This document shows, piece by piece, positions 32,075 to 42,779 of a stretch of DNA of 64,000 bases. This DNA comes from Salinispira sp. (lineage in GTDB: Bacteria > Spirochaetota > Spirochaetia > DSM-27196 > Salinispiraceae), in the NCBI GenBank assembly GCA_965602015.1, contig OZ271918.1, forward strand, positions 2,400,001 to 2,464,000, written 5' to 3'. Under the pieces are notes generated by a model that was not told the origin of the DNA, did no database searches, and worked only from the letters and a program-made list of their open reading frames with translations. The position numbers were made by a program, and so were the translations under genes. Position 1 is the stretch's first letter; each line of letters begins with the position of its first letter.

Positions 32075-33477
32075 CCTACGGACCCCTCCATTTCCAGTTC
32101 TATGAGTCTGTTCAGCTCGACGGCATACTCCATGGGAAGCTGCTTGACCAGCGGATCGAGAAAGCCGTTGACGATCATCATTGCCGCCTCGCCCTCGGAA
32201 AATCCCCGGCTCATCAGGTAGAAAAGCTGTTCTTCGGAGATTTTGCTGACCCGCGCCTCATGCTCCATGGAGACGTCGGTTGAGTCAATTTCCATGTAGG
32301 GGAAGGTATTGCTGACCGAGTCCGGATCGAGTATCAGGGCGTCGCAGACAACGTTGCTGCGGGTGTTTTTTACCCCTTCGTGAACCCTGATCAAGCCGCG
32401 GTACGAACTGATTCCGCCGTCCTTGGATATGGACTTTGATGTAATAACCGAGCTGGTGTTATCCGCCGCGTGGACGATCTTCCCGCCGGTATCCTGCTCC
32501 TGTTTTTCCCCTGCGAAGGCGATGGAGAGTACCTCGCCGTGGGCGCCCTCGCCCTTCAGGTGGATTGCCGGATATTTCATGGTCCGCTTTGAACCCAGGT
32601 TGCCGTCCACCCATTCTACGGTGGCGTTTCGGTGGGCAACCGCCCGCTTTGTCACCAGGTTGTAGATATCATTTGACCAGTTCTGGATGGTGGAATAGCG
32701 CACCCGGGCGCCTTCAAGGGCGATGATTTCGACCACCGCCGAATGAAGGCTGTCCGTTGAATAAATCGGCGCGGTGCAGCCCTCAATATAATGAACAAAA
32801 CTGCCTTCATCGGCGATGATGAGGGTTCTTTCAAACTGACCAAAGCTTTCCGAGTTGATACGGAAATAAGCCTGAATGGGAATATCCACCTTCACGCCTT
32901 TGGGCACGTACACAAAACTGCCGCCGGACCACACCGCCGAATTGAGGGCGGCGAACTTGTTGTCCGTGTAGGGAATTATGGTTCCAAAATACTTTTTGAC
33001 CAGTTCGGGATACTTCTGTACCGCTTCTTCGGGCGATGTGAAAATAACGCCCTGCTTCTCGAGGTCTTCCCGGATGTTGTGATAAACCATTTCAGAGTCG
33101 TACTGGGCTCCGACGCCGGCGAGGAACTTCTGCTCGGCTTCGGGTATTCCCAGGCGCTCGTAGGTTTCTTTTATTTCCTGGGGAACGTCGTCCCAGCTTT
33201 TCTGCTGCCCTTCGTTTGTGGGTTTGGCGTAATACACGAACTCATCAAAGTCAATGTCGCTGAGGTCGGCGCCCCAGTTCGGCATTTCCTTCTCGCCGAA
33301 GGCCTTGAGGCTTTGCAGCCGAAACTCGGTCATCCACTCCGGCTCGTTTTTAGCCAGGGATATCTCCCTGACAACTGCCTCATCGAGGCCCTTGCGGGTC
33401 TTGAACACCGACTTATCGGGAAAGGAGAACCCGTACTTGTAATCATCTATCTGAACTTGGCTGACTTCACTGCTCAT
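32071..33477 (-). CDS. sufB: Fe-S cluster assembly protein SufB
   Basis: [38 protein letters not shown]. Confidence 0.97.
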   Translation of the reverse strand: MSSEVSQVQIDDYKYGFSFPDKSVFKTRKGLDEAVVREISLAKNEPEWMTEFRLQSLKAFGEKEMPNWGADLSDIDFDEFVYYAKPTNEGQQKSWDDVPQEIKETYERLGIPEAEQKFLAGVGAQYDSEMVYHNIREDLEKQGVIFTSPEEAVQKYPELVKKYFGTIIPYTDNKFAALNSAVWSGGSFVYVPKGVKVDIPIQAYFRINSESFGQFERTLIIADEGSFVHYIEGCTAPIYSTDSLHSAVVEIIALEGARVRYSTIQNWSNDIYNLVTKRAVAHRNATVEWVDGNLGSKRTMKYPAIHLKGEGAHGEVLSIAFAGEKQEQDTGGKIVHAADNTSSVITSKSISKDGGISSYRGLIRVHEGVKNTRSNVVCDALILDPDSVSNTFPYMEIDSTDVSMEHEARVSKISEEQLFYLMSRGFSEGEAAMMIVNGFLDPLVKQLPMEYAVELNRLIELEMEGSVG

Positions 33478-34240
33478 TTGCTACCTCCTCGGGTATACCG
33501 TACTGCTTTCGCACCCAGTCGTATCCCTTCTCTTCGAGGGTGTGAACCAGGTCCTTGCCTCCGGATGTCACCACCCGTCCGTCGAACAGAATGTGGACAT
33601 AGTCCGGAGTAATGTGGTCCAGGATTCGCTGATAATGGGTAATGATAATTGAACCAAAACCGTCGCCCCGGAGCTGATTCACTCCCTTGGCGACTATTTT
33701 TAACGCATCGATATCCAGCCCTGAATCGGTTTCATCGAGAATGCCGAAACTCGGCTTTAGCATGAGCATCTGCAGGATTTCCATGCGCTTTTTTTCTCCG
33801 CCGGAAAAACCCTCGTTGAGGTAGCGGTTAATAAACGCCTGATCGATATCGAGAAAATCCATGTTCGCCCGAAGAGCCTTTACAAAGCCCCGGGCATTGT
33901 TTTCGCCCCGGGCCTGATCGAAGAGCTCGCTGGCCCGCTTAAGGAAACGGCCGACGGTAATGCCGGGAATCTCAACGGGATACTGGAACGCCATAAAAAG
34001 ACCTTTGCGGGCCCGTTCGTCGACCTCCATTTCAAGGAGATCTTCGCCGTCAAGGAGTATTTTCCCCCCGGTCACCTCGTACTTCGGGTTTCCCATGATC
34101 ACGTTGGAAAGGGTGCTCTTGCCGGCGCCATTGGGACCCATGATGGCGTGAATTTCCCCGGTTTGAATTGTCAGATTAAGGCCCTTGAGTATTTCCTTAT
34201 CCTCTACATTTGCCTTGAGGTCGATAATTTCGAGTTTCAT
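33467..34240 (-). CDS. sufC: Fe-S cluster assembly ATPase SufC
   Basis: Start reassigned to MKLEI at 34240; [37 protein letters not shown]. Confidence 0.96.
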   Translation of the reverse strand: MKLEIIDLKANVEDKEILKGLNLTIQTGEIHAIMGPNGAGKSTLSNVIMGNPKYEVTGGKILLDGEDLLEMEVDERARKGLFMAFQYPVEIPGITVGRFLKRASELFDQARGENNARGFVKALRANMDFLDIDQAFINRYLNEGFSGGEKKRMEILQMLMLKPSFGILDETDSGLDIDALKIVAKGVNQLRGDGFGSIIITHYQRILDHITPDYVHILFDGRVVTSGGKDLVHTLEEKGYDWVRKQYGIPEEVANEQ

Positions 34241-34293
34241 GTGTTCTCCTGAGTGTGTGTAATTCTCGTCGGACCCGGCGGCGGGCCCGTATG

Positions 34294-34599
34294 TCAAATG
34301 GGGTAACCCAGCTCCAACCGGGCTTCTTCGCTCATGAAGTCAAGGCTCCAGGGCGGACTCCACACAACCTGGGTCTGGATTTCCTTTAGATCATGGTCAT
34401 CTGCCAGAATGTTCCGGATGTCCGCTTCTATGGTATCCGCCAAGGGACAGCCGGGGGACGTCAGCGTAAAATCCACTTCGGTATGATCTTCCAGAACATC
34501 GATCCGGTAAATTAACCCGAGATCGACGATGTTTATTCCTATTTCCGGGTCCAGGACCTTCCTGAGGGATTCGAGTATGTCACCCTTACTGACAGCCAT
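34294..34599 (-). CDS. Metal-sulfur cluster assembly factor (SufT/DUF59)
   Basis: DPEIGINIVDLGLIY, TLTSPGCP, WSPPW. Confidence 0.92.
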   Translation of the reverse strand: MAVSKGDILESLRKVLDPEIGINIVDLGLIYRIDVLEDHTEVDFTLTSPGCPLADTIEADIRNILADDHDLKEIQTQVVWSPPWSLDFMSEEARLELGYPI

Positions 34600-34629
34600 A
34601 GCTAACTCCGTTGCGTGATTGTTATACCT

Positions 34630-34654
34630 ATACTTTACTAAATAAGTCAGGTAT
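34630..34654 (-). promoter_or_regulatory. IscR/Rrf2-type operator upstream of the suf cluster
   Basis: ATACCTGACTTATTTAGTAAAGTAT, an imperfect palindrome resembling the IscR type-1 motif; overlaps TTGAAA-N17-TAAAGT. Confidence 0.65.
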
Positions 34655-34714
34655 TTTCAAGATGATTCTGATCCGCATTTGCGTGATAGAATCGGTCAGA
34701 GCTTATAACATATT

Positions 34715-35344
34715 ATGAGAGGAAGGTTAAGGCAAATGAAACGGATCTCCGCCCTTTTGGCCCATCCCGATGAAGAGAGCTTTTGTTCGGCCCTCTATGC
34801 AAGCTACACCCGGGTTTTGCGGGAGTACAAAACTGAGCATTCCCTGATGGACCTTTACCGCGAGGACTTCGATCCTGTGATGGATCTTTCGGAGATGCGC
34901 CGCCATATTCCCTTCGACAAGCAGACGCTGCAGTATATGCGGACCGTCCGGGAAAGCCGACGCCTGAGCCTCTTTTTTCCCGATTGGTGGGGCGCCGAGC
35001 CGGCGATCCTCAAGGGCTGGCTGGACCGGGTGCTTCGCCAGGATCTGGCTTACTCCCGTTCTGCATTCCCGTCGGCTTCCGGCGGGTCTGACAGGGACAC
35101 AAAAGGCCTGTTGGGGCATGTACAGCTGACCGTTTTTGTTACCAGCGATACCGGCGAAGGCGACCTGGACATCCTTGAGAAGACGTACCGGCATCGCTAT
35201 GGGAGCATTATCGGAGAATACTGCGGACTTGGGGGATGTGAAATCGCGTTGTACTCACCTGTGCGCTCATCAAAACTAAAGGTCAGAAAGCAGTGGCTGG
35301 ATGATGCAGCTGAGCGGGCGAGGCTTCATGTACGTGAAAAATAA
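34715..35344 (+). CDS. Flavodoxin-like-fold NAD(P)H-dependent oxidoreductase
   Basis: AHPDEESF, DLYREDFDP, FPDWWGAEPAILKGWLDRV; start may be 34736. Confidence 0.87.
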   Translation: MRGRLRQMKRISALLAHPDEESFCSALYASYTRVLREYKTEHSLMDLYREDFDPVMDLSEMRRHIPFDKQTLQYMRTVRESRRLSLFFPDWWGAEPAILKGWLDRVLRQDLAYSRSAFPSASGGSDRDTKGLLGHVQLTVFVTSDTGEGDLDILEKTYRHRYGSIIGEYCGLGGCEIALYSPVRSSKLKVRKQWLDDAAERARLHVREK

Positions 35345-35353
35345 GGCTTGTAA

Positions 35354-35791
35354 TCAATAGCGGAAAACCCATTCCTGTTCGCCGTCATTAACCTCACCGG
35401 ATTGGACAAACCCCGCTTTGGCAAAGACCTTGGCGGCTCCGGTATTTCCCGGGGCGATATCGGCGTACAACGCCGCAGGATTCCGCTCGGCACCGATGCG
35501 TTCCACCAGCGCTTTCAGCGCCAGCACAGAATAGCCCTTTCCCTGATGTTCCGCATCGATCTGAAGGCTTTGAATGCTTGTTCTTCCATCTTCCTCGTCT
35601 GTGCCGTACATGCAAAAACCCACGAGCTCATCATCATTATATATTGCAAGGGGCCGGAAATCCTGCTCCCCCGCTGCAAGCGCAAGGGCTTCCCGGGGCT
35701 CGCGAACCAGGTCTCTCTGTTCATCCCGCACTTTAAGAGCCACTACTTGATCGATGATATCGTAACCTATTTCAGATAGGGTAATTGCCAT
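35354..35791 (-). CDS. GNAT-family N-acetyltransferase
   Basis: IDAEHQGKGY (motif A), N..A..VFAKAGF. Confidence 0.87.
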   Translation of the reverse strand: MAITLSEIGYDIIDQVVALKVRDEQRDLVREPREALALAAGEQDFRPLAIYNDDELVGFCMYGTDEEDGRTSIQSLQIDAEHQGKGYSVLALKALVERIGAERNPAALYADIAPGNTGAAKVFAKAGFVQSGEVNDGEQEWVFRY

Positions 35792-35841
35792 TATTCCTCC
35801 GTGACCTAGTTTGAATATACTCGCAGATCACCCAAACTGCA

Positions 35842-36267
35842 TCAAAATTCCTCAAAACGCACGGGATGCAGTTCACGGAATGGCAGGTCCTTTCGCTGAC
35901 CCTTGTGATTTATCATGATAACGGGAAAATCCTCGTCGACGAATTCCGTCATAAACTGCAGGCAAATTCCGCAGGGCGGCGTTGGACTGTCCTGCTTGGT
36001 ATACAGGACGATAAAACCGGGTTCGATGCTGCCGTACATGGATATGGCGCTGGTAAATGCCGATCGTTCTGCGCAGATGGTGCCTCCGTAACTGCGGTTT
36101 TCCACATTCACCCCTACGACGAACTCCGCCCTATCTTCCAGATACAGGGCGACGGATACGGAAAACTGGGAATACGGCGCATACGCCCTTGTATTGGCTT
36201 CTGTGGCCAGCTGGATGCCCCGGGAAACCAGGGACTCCTCAGGTTTTTTACGGTTCAAGGCTATCAA
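35842..36267 (-). CDS. cdd: Cytidine deaminase
   Basis: AYAPYSQF, NVENRSYG.TICAE, PCGICLQ; exact start uncertain. Confidence 0.92.
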   Translation of the reverse strand: MIALNRKKPEESLVSRGIQLATEANTRAYAPYSQFSVSVALYLEDRAEFVVGVNVENRSYGGTICAERSAFTSAISMYGSIEPGFIVLYTKQDSPTPPCGICLQFMTEFVDEDFPVIMINHKGQRKDLPFRELHPVRFEEF

Positions 36268-36383
36268 CTCCTAAAAATTGACAAATGAGTGACAATCAAA
36301 GAATAATCAATAATACCGCAGTTTGACGCGGCATTGACTATTTTTTTGAATTTTGCATGATATTTGCAGCAGAGGGCTTATAT

Positions 36384-38942
36384 ATGGAAGAAAAATACCT
36401 GGTTATCGTCGAATCACCAACGAAAGCGCGCACAATAAGCCGCTTTCTTCCGAAAAACTTCATCGTCGAGGCCAGCATAGGTCATATCCGCGACCTTCCG
36501 CAGACCGCCGCCGATGTCCCGGCAAAGTTCAAAGGCCAGGAATGGGCCAGACTGGGAATAGATGTAGACAATGATTTCCAGCCCCTGTACATCACGCCGA
36601 AGGGCAAGGGGAAAATAATCAATGAGCTCAAGCGCAAGCTCAAAGACGTCAAAGCCCTCTATCTGGCCACTGACGAAGACCGTGAAGGCGAAAGCATCAG
36701 CTGGCACCTGGTTCAGGTTCTCAACCCCGAAAAGAAAAAAGTGGAAGTAAAACGGATGGTCTTTCATGAGATCACCAAAAGCGCCATTCAGCACGCGTTG
36801 GAGGACACTCGCGATATCGATATGAACCTGGTCAAGGCGCAGGAAACCAGGCGAATACTCGATCGTCTGTATGGGTTCACCCTCTCTCCCCTGGTCTGGA
36901 AGAAAATCGCCTACGGTCTCAGTGCGGGAAGAGTTCAAAGCCCCGGTCTCAGGCTGATAGTGGAGCGGGAACGCGAACGGATCGCCTTTAAAAAAGCAGT
37001 GTATTGGGATTTGAAAGCCCAGCTCAGCGCCCCGGAGACCGGCTCACCAGACCAGTTTGAAGCCCGTCTTATTTCCCACAAAGGCCAGCGCCTGGCCACC
37101 GGCAAAGACTTTCATTCCATCGAGGGAACCCTCCTTGAAGGGAAAGACGTGCTGGTTCTCGATGAGGCAGGGGCCCGGGAACTGGAAGCCGATCTCTCGA
37201 ATAAGTCCTGGGAAATTATCAACGTCACAGAAAAAGAGACAACCAGCCGGCCGTCGGTCCCTTTTATTACTTCAACACTCCAACAGGAGGGTAACCGCAA
37301 ACTGGGCCTGACAGCCCGGGAAACCATGCGCACCGCCCAGAAGCTCTACGAGGAAGGTCTGATAACCTACATGCGGACCGACAGTCCGACGCTCAGCAAC
37401 GAAGCCATTGAAGGCGCACGAAAAACGATTCGGGATCAGTACGGCGATGAATACCTGAGCCCCGAGCCCCGTCAGTACAGTGCAAAAAGCGAAAGCGCCC
37501 AGGAGGCCCACGAGGCCATTCGGCCGGCGGGTTCGGACTTCAAGCATCCCGATGAGACCGGTCTCAGCGGGAAAGAAAAAGCCCTCTACGAAATCATCTG
37601 GAAGCGCACCCTGGCCACCCAGATGGCCGACGCGAAAAAATCTAGCACCAGTGTTAAGATCCAGGTCGGCGAGGCGGTTTTTCAGGCAAACGGCACAAAA
37701 ATCCTCTTTCCCGGGTACCTCAAGCTGTACGTGGAGGGAAAAGATGATCCCGAGGCAAAACGCGAAGACCGGGAGGTAATACTCCCGGATGTTAAAACCG
37801 GCATGGGCTGCCAGGTCGAAGGCCTTGAAAGCCTGTATCACGAAACCAAAGCGCCATCCCGATACACCGAAGCCAGCCTTATACAGGCCCTTGAGAAACG
37901 GGGCATCGGCAGGCCGAGCACTTATTCGAGCATTATTTCCACCCTCTTCGACCGGGGTTACATTCGACGGATAAACAGCGCCCTCGCACCTACCTTTACC
38001 GGTATGGGAGTGGTGCAGTTCCTGGAGAACAACTTCGAGTACCTGATTAAATATGATTTCACCTCGGACATGGAGGACAGTCTCGACCGCATCGCCGTGG
38101 GGGAGAAAGACAGGCTGGAATATCTGACTGATTTTTACAGCTCCAAGCAGGGACTCAAGACCCATGTAGAAAAGCAGGAGGAAAAAATCAGTCCCGAGGA
38201 ATCCCGGCGGATAATCATGCATCAGGTCGACGAAGACATCGAGGTGAGAATCGGCCGATACGGGCCGTACATCATCGCGAAAAGCGAAGACGGCGAAAAG
38301 ATTAACGCCTCGATTCCCGAGGAGATCGCGCCTGCCGACCTCACACCGGAGGATATCAAGGAAATCATCGAACTGCAGATCCGGGGCCCCGAACCCCTGG
38401 GCCAGGACCCGGAAACCGGCCTTCCGGTATTCTGCCTGATCGGACGCTACGGTCCTTATGTGCAGCTGGGAGAAGTAACCGAAGAACAGCCGAAGCCCCG
38501 AAGGGCCGGTATTCCCAAGGGCACCAGTCCCCGTGAGGTTACCCTCGAGGAAGCCCTTAAATACCTGAGTCTGCCCAGAACCCTCGGAGTTCATCCGGAA
38601 ACCGGGAATGATATTGTCGCAAACCTCGGCCGCTTCGGCCCCTACGTGATGCATGACGGTGATTTCCGCAGCCTCAAAAAAGACGATGATGTGTATAGCA
38701 TTGAACTGGACCGGGCCCTCGAACTATTGGCTGAGGAAAAGAAGGGCCGAGGCAGGGGCAGCACCCTCATCAGGGAACTGGGAGAGCATGACAAGAAAAA
38801 GGTCGCGCTCTACGACGGGAAATACGGTCCATACTTGAAGTTCGGGAGCAAAAACATATCACTGCCCGATGAGAAAAAAACGGATGAGGAATTACCCAAA
38901 ATTACCCTGAAGGACGCCATTGGCATTATCAAAGGAAAGTAG
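36384..38942 (+). CDS. topA: DNA topoisomerase I (type IA, C-terminal repeats)
   Basis: VIVESPTKA, ATDEDREGE, SAGRVQS, ITYMRTDS, repeated GRYGPY C-terminal motifs; start placed at MEEKY. Confidence 0.97.
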   Translation: MEEKYLVIVESPTKARTISRFLPKNFIVEASIGHIRDLPQTAADVPAKFKGQEWARLGIDVDNDFQPLYITPKGKGKIINELKRKLKDVKALYLATDEDREGESISWHLVQVLNPEKKKVEVKRMVFHEITKSAIQHALEDTRDIDMNLVKAQETRRILDRLYGFTLSPLVWKKIAYGLSAGRVQSPGLRLIVERERERIAFKKAVYWDLKAQLSAPETGSPDQFEARLISHKGQRLATGKDFHSIEGTLLEGKDVLVLDEAGARELEADLSNKSWEIINVTEKETTSRPSVPFITSTLQQEGNRKLGLTARETMRTAQKLYEEGLITYMRTDSPTLSNEAIEGARKTIRDQYGDEYLSPEPRQYSAKSESAQEAHEAIRPAGSDFKHPDETGLSGKEKALYEIIWKRTLATQMADAKKSSTSVKIQVGEAVFQANGTKILFPGYLKLYVEGKDDPEAKREDREVILPDVKTGMGCQVEGLESLYHETKAPSRYTEASLIQALEKRGIGRPSTYSSIISTLFDRGYIRRINSALAPTFTGMGVVQFLENNFEYLIKYDFTSDMEDSLDRIAVGEKDRLEYLTDFYSSKQGLKTHVEKQEEKISPEESRRIIMHQVDEDIEVRIGRYGPYIIAKSEDGEKINASIPEEIAPADLTPEDIKEIIELQIRGPEPLGQDPETGLPVFCLIGRYGPYVQLGEVTEEQPKPRRAGIPKGTSPREVTLEEALKYLSLPRTLGVHPETGNDIVANLGRFGPYVMHDGDFRSLKKDDDVYSIELDRALELLAEEKKGRGRGSTLIRELGEHDKKKVALYDGKYGPYLKFGSKNISLPDEKKTDEELPKITLKDAIGIIKGK

Positions 38943-38967
38943 AATGCTGCGGTCTGCGTAACGGGGT

Positions 38968-39010
38968 AAAAAAGGGCCTTCCGGGGAAAGGAGGTGAAAC
39001 CCCGGAAGGC
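38968..39010 (-). terminator. Rho-independent terminator with an anti-Shine-Dalgarno-like loop
   Basis: 11-bp perfect stem GCCTTCCGGGG/CCCCGGAAGGC, loop TTTCACCTCCTTT on the minus strand, followed by CCTTTTTT. Confidence 0.7.
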
Positions 39011-39098
39011 TAAAAAGGAGAATGGATAGGTTCGGCTCTCATGACCTTCCAACCATACAACAAGGCACCAGGCCTTCAGTAACAGAATATCGCATGAT

Positions 39099-40187
39099 TT
39101 ACCGGGAAACGAATGACGCCAGGTATTCACGACGATATTCGCTGCGAAATTCACCGGTTCCCTCGAGCAGGAGCTCCAAAAGCCCGTATATCTCGTTTAT
39201 TTCCCTCAAGGATTCTTCATACTCTTCGAAATCCCCATCCTCGAAACGGTTCGCGATTATTGTAGAAAAAATAATGCTCCCCAAGGTTCGGTAGGTATTT
39301 GCCGAGGTCGCGGCGATGTATATACTGCGCCGGGCAACCTCACCGTCGTCGCCTCCGGCCTCCCCGCTTTCACTGAAAAGTCTGCGGCTGCGCTCGAGAT
39401 TGTCCCGCACTTCGCGGCCCAGCAGCAGCACCTCTTCCACATAATCGGCGGCGGAAACCTGGGCCCGGGAAAACTGGGTGCTGAGACCAAGCATGGAATA
39501 GACGATATCCTTGTCAATGCTCCAGACAAACAGAGAGTGAGAACTGAAAGCATCGATTTCCAGGCTTTGGAGCACGTAGTATTCGAAGTCGCTAAAACCT
39601 TCTTCTCCGTATAACGGAAGGGCGAAGTTCCGTACAAAAATCCCCTGAAGATAGATTGCGTCCATCTGGGCCAGATAGTACTCCAACGGATCGGCATAAA
39701 AGGCGGTGATATCGCTGCCGTAGGCCTGATAGTCCTGCATATGCGCCAACATGCCCGCGTAGCTGCTCAAGGCGGGTACCGGGTTAACCGGCGATTCGTC
39801 AATGAGACGGCTGTCTATCAAAATAACCGCCCGGGAGTTTTCTTCATCAAGAGTGAAACGTCCACGGGAAAAACTATTATCGTCTACAGCGAAATCGGGC
39901 TGAACACGCACCCTTCCATCAACCAATAGCGGCCGCACGCTTCGATACAGCGATACGAGTTCCGATTCGCCTTCGGCGGTCATCATGATGCCGTCAAAGG
40001 TTTCGAGTATCGTCGCAATCCGCTCACGGTACTCTTCACCGCTCAGTCCGGATACGCCGGGGGTTTGCTCGGGAGCGACGGCGCTGTCGGGGGTGCTGGC
40101 GCAGGATGAAAAAAACAGAGCTGTCGCAATAAGCGCTGCTCCGGTCAGTTGAGTAAAAATCGACGTGCGGATCATATGGGCCTCCAT
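39099..40187 (-). CDS. Hypothetical lipoprotein
   Basis: Signal peptide with lipobox FFSSC; no recognised domain; start may be a few codons downstream. Confidence 0.7.
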   Translation of the reverse strand: MEAHMIRTSIFTQLTGAALIATALFFSSCASTPDSAVAPEQTPGVSGLSGEEYRERIATILETFDGIMMTAEGESELVSLYRSVRPLLVDGRVRVQPDFAVDDNSFSRGRFTLDEENSRAVILIDSRLIDESPVNPVPALSSYAGMLAHMQDYQAYGSDITAFYADPLEYYLAQMDAIYLQGIFVRNFALPLYGEEGFSDFEYYVLQSLEIDAFSSHSLFVWSIDKDIVYSMLGLSTQFSRAQVSAADYVEEVLLLGREVRDNLERSRRLFSESGEAGGDDGEVARRSIYIAATSANTYRTLGSIIFSTIIANRFEDGDFEEYEESLREINEIYGLLELLLEGTGEFRSEYRREYLASFVSR

Positions 40188-40225
40188 GGAATCAAGCCGG
40201 TGCGCCGGGGATTCCGGAGCACCGC

Positions 40226-41320
40226 TCAGTCGGTATTATCGGCAGATTCGCCGGTTCCTTGGCTGGTTTCGACGGTGATGGGTCGGACGGTGTAGCGGGA
40301 CAAGAGCTCGCCGTCAGCGTAAATATTGATAATGCTCCCCACCTCCAAAAGATAGGGGAAGGAAAGCTCTCCGCCGCTATGCTGGGTCTGGAAATACCGG
40401 GTGGTATCGCCTTCGGTGGAAATGAAATCTACGGCCACGTTTACCGGGAGGGCAAACTCCGGAATAAAGCCGTAGTAGATATCGGCGACCTGATTTGCCC
40501 TGCTGGTGCTCAGGGGATTTATTCGAAGTACAAGAGTGCTGTCAGGCTCAATGAGTTCGCCGGCGGCGGGAAACTGGCTCACAACAAGGCCGCCGGTCCC
40601 ACCGGGCTCGCCGGTGCTGCTGTTGCGGAATACGAATGGGACGCCGCGACCCGCAAGCAGCCCCAGGGCCTGCCGGTAATCCAGGCCAACCACCTCCGGA
40701 GCTTCTATCCCCAGCACTTCGGGTCCGCGGCTCACCAGGAGCATAAGATCGGTATAGCCCGTCAGCTTCTCGCCGGCTTCGGGCTCCTGAGCGAGTATGG
40801 TGCCCGCCTCCTGTTCGGAAAACACATAGGAGATATTCTGATTCCGGACTTCCAGGAGCGGCTCGTAATTGGCGAACTGGGCGGCGAGCTGTGCCCGCAG
40901 TTCTTCCAGGGTAAGCCCCTGATAATCGCCGACCTGATCGACTACCGGACCCTGGCTCACGGTTATGTTCACCCTGCGGCCCACCCGGACCTGGCTGCCC
41001 GGATCCGGGCTTTGATCGATAATGCGTCCCCGGGTCGCCGGATCGCTGAAAAAGCGTTGCTGGACCCGTACGTCAAGACCCCGGCTCTGGAGTTCTTCCA
41101 GGGCGGCGACTAGCTCACGGTCTTCAAGATTAGGAACCATGGTCACCTCGGCGCCCTGCAGGGTCAGGAGAAAACTGAGGGATCCGGCAACCAATGCGAT
41201 GAGGAATACCGCCAGAAAACCCCAGACCAGCACCTTGAAGTATCTGGATTCGGGATTTTCCTGTTCCTGGGGAAGAAGTTTTTTTACCGAGTTCTGAACA
41301 CTGGATAAGGCCTTTTTCAT
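40226..41320 (-). CDS. PASTA-domain membrane protein
   Basis: One TM followed by three PASTA-like repeats (VPNL...IIDQSPDPG; ILAQEPEAG; VVSQFPAAG). Confidence 0.85.
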   Translation of the reverse strand: MKKALSSVQNSVKKLLPQEQENPESRYFKVLVWGFLAVFLIALVAGSLSFLLTLQGAEVTMVPNLEDRELVAALEELQSRGLDVRVQQRFFSDPATRGRIIDQSPDPGSQVRVGRRVNITVSQGPVVDQVGDYQGLTLEELRAQLAAQFANYEPLLEVRNQNISYVFSEQEAGTILAQEPEAGEKLTGYTDLMLLVSRGPEVLGIEAPEVVGLDYRQALGLLAGRGVPFVFRNSSTGEPGGTGGLVVSQFPAAGELIEPDSTLVLRINPLSTSRANQVADIYYGFIPEFALPVNVAVDFISTEGDTTRYFQTQHSGGELSFPYLLEVGSIINIYADGELLSRYTVRPITVETSQGTGESADNTD

Positions 41321-42294
41321 TATTTCTCCTGAACTCCCAGAACCGAAGAGATAAACCGGGGATTGCCGTTTATAAAACTCTTCCAGTCCATGTCGCGTTT
41401 CGACTGTTGCTGGAGTCGTGTGAGAGCGAGGACGCCGTCTCCAGTTTTTACCAAAATTCCCGAAGATTTGTCTACACCGATTACCGTGCCGGGCTCGGCC
41501 TTCGAAGCCCGGGCGCGCATGTCGTCGGAGAGACTCGCGGATTTGACAGGGGAACTGGCGCGGATAGTGAGGTTTTGCCCTTCCCAGCTGCTGTGGGCAA
41601 GGGGCCAGGGTCGGTAGGCCCGGATAAGCCGATGAATTTCCTCACTGCGGTTTTTCCAGTCTATCTGGCCGTCTTCCTTGGCCAGAAGGCTGCAATAGCT
41701 GGCCCGGGAGTCATCTTGAGGAGTCCGGGTCTCCCAGCCGCTTTCGATGAGGTCAAGGGCTTCAACCATCATCTGCGCACCTCTTTGTGCACAGTACTCG
41801 CTGAGGGATTCGGCATCGGAGTTATCATCAATTGCAAACTCCTCCTGGAGAATGATGTCGCCGGCATCCATTTCCAGCCCCACTTCCTGAACGCTTATGC
41901 CGCTGATTTCATCCCCCGCCAGGATGGCTGCGGGAATAGGCGCCGGCCCCCGGTATTTGGGCAACAGACTGGGGTGCAAATTTACCGCCCCCTTTGGGAA
42001 CAGTTCCAGGAATCGGGGACCGAATATTTTGCCGTAAGCCACGACGACCATGAGATCTGCCGCGAAGGCCGCAGCTTCCCGGCGGGCCTCGCTTCGAAGG
42101 CTGAGCGGTTGTATTACGGGAATCCCCTGCTCTGCCGCATAGCTTTTTACCGGGCTTACTCGCAGCTTCCGTCCTCTGCCGCTACCCGCATCGGGATTTG
42201 TGAGAACGGCGGCAATATCATGGCGGGATTCTTCGTGGATTTTTGCGAGGGCGGGTACGGCGAATCCGGGGGTGCCGGCGAAGAGAATTCTCAC
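41320..42294 (-). CDS. fmt: Methionyl-tRNA formyltransferase
   Basis: FAGTPGFA, VVAYG, NLHPSLLPKYRGPAP, MDAGD. Confidence 0.96.
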   Translation of the reverse strand: MRILFAGTPGFAVPALAKIHEESRHDIAAVLTNPDAGSGRGRKLRVSPVKSYAAEQGIPVIQPLSLRSEARREAAAFAADLMVVVAYGKIFGPRFLELFPKGAVNLHPSLLPKYRGPAPIPAAILAGDEISGISVQEVGLEMDAGDIILQEEFAIDDNSDAESLSEYCAQRGAQMMVEALDLIESGWETRTPQDDSRASYCSLLAKEDGQIDWKNRSEEIHRLIRAYRPWPLAHSSWEGQNLTIRASSPVKSASLSDDMRARASKAEPGTVIGVDKSSGILVKTGDGVLALTRLQQQSKRDMDWKSFINGNPRFISSVLGVQEK

Positions 42295-42779
42295 TGCTTC
42301 TGTGCTTTTTCGTAGGCAGACAAAAGCCGCCTTTGCTGACCCGGCTTGAGGTACTCGTAAAAAAGTTTTCCAACCAGGTGGTCGTACTCGTGCTGAATAA
42401 CCCGGGCCAGAAGTCCGTCGGCTTCCATTGAGAACGCCTTGCCGTTTTCATCCCAGGCATCGACCTGCAGGGCCTCGGGCCGCAGCACATCGGCATAGAC
42501 CCCGGGAATGCTTAAACAGCCCTCTTCGTAGGGTTCGAGATTGTCGGAAAATCCGCGTATAGTCGGGTTGATAAAGACCCGGGGTTCGTCGTCCGGCGCA
42601 TGAACGACGAAGATATTCTCCATCCTTCCCACCTGCACGCCGGCAAGGCCGATTCCGTTTCCCCGGTGCATCGCGTCAATCATGTCCATGGCATAGGATT
42701 TGAGTTCACCATCGATATTTTTTACCTCCCTGGACGCCTGGTGAAGACGTTCATCGGGGAGAATGACAAGCTCGAGCAT
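42291..42779 (-). CDS. def: Peptide deformylase
   Basis: GIGLAGVQVG, EGCLS, QHEYDHL; start reassigned to MLELV, 6 nt after TTGACA-N17-TACATT (42786-42814). Confidence 0.96.
   Translation of the reverse strand: MLELVILPDERLHQASREVKNIDGELKSYAMDMIDAMHRGNGIGLAGVQVGRMENIFVVHAPDDEPRVFINPTIRGFSDNLEPYEEGCLSIPGVYADVLRPEALQVDAWDENGKAFSMEADGLLARVIQHEYDHLVGKLFYEYLKPGQQRRLLSAYEKAQKQ

Noticed and set aside
39022..39294. 90-aa plus-strand ORF preceded by AAGGAG
   Set aside because: The SD is only 1 nt from the ATG and most of the ORF is antisense to the lipoprotein gene.
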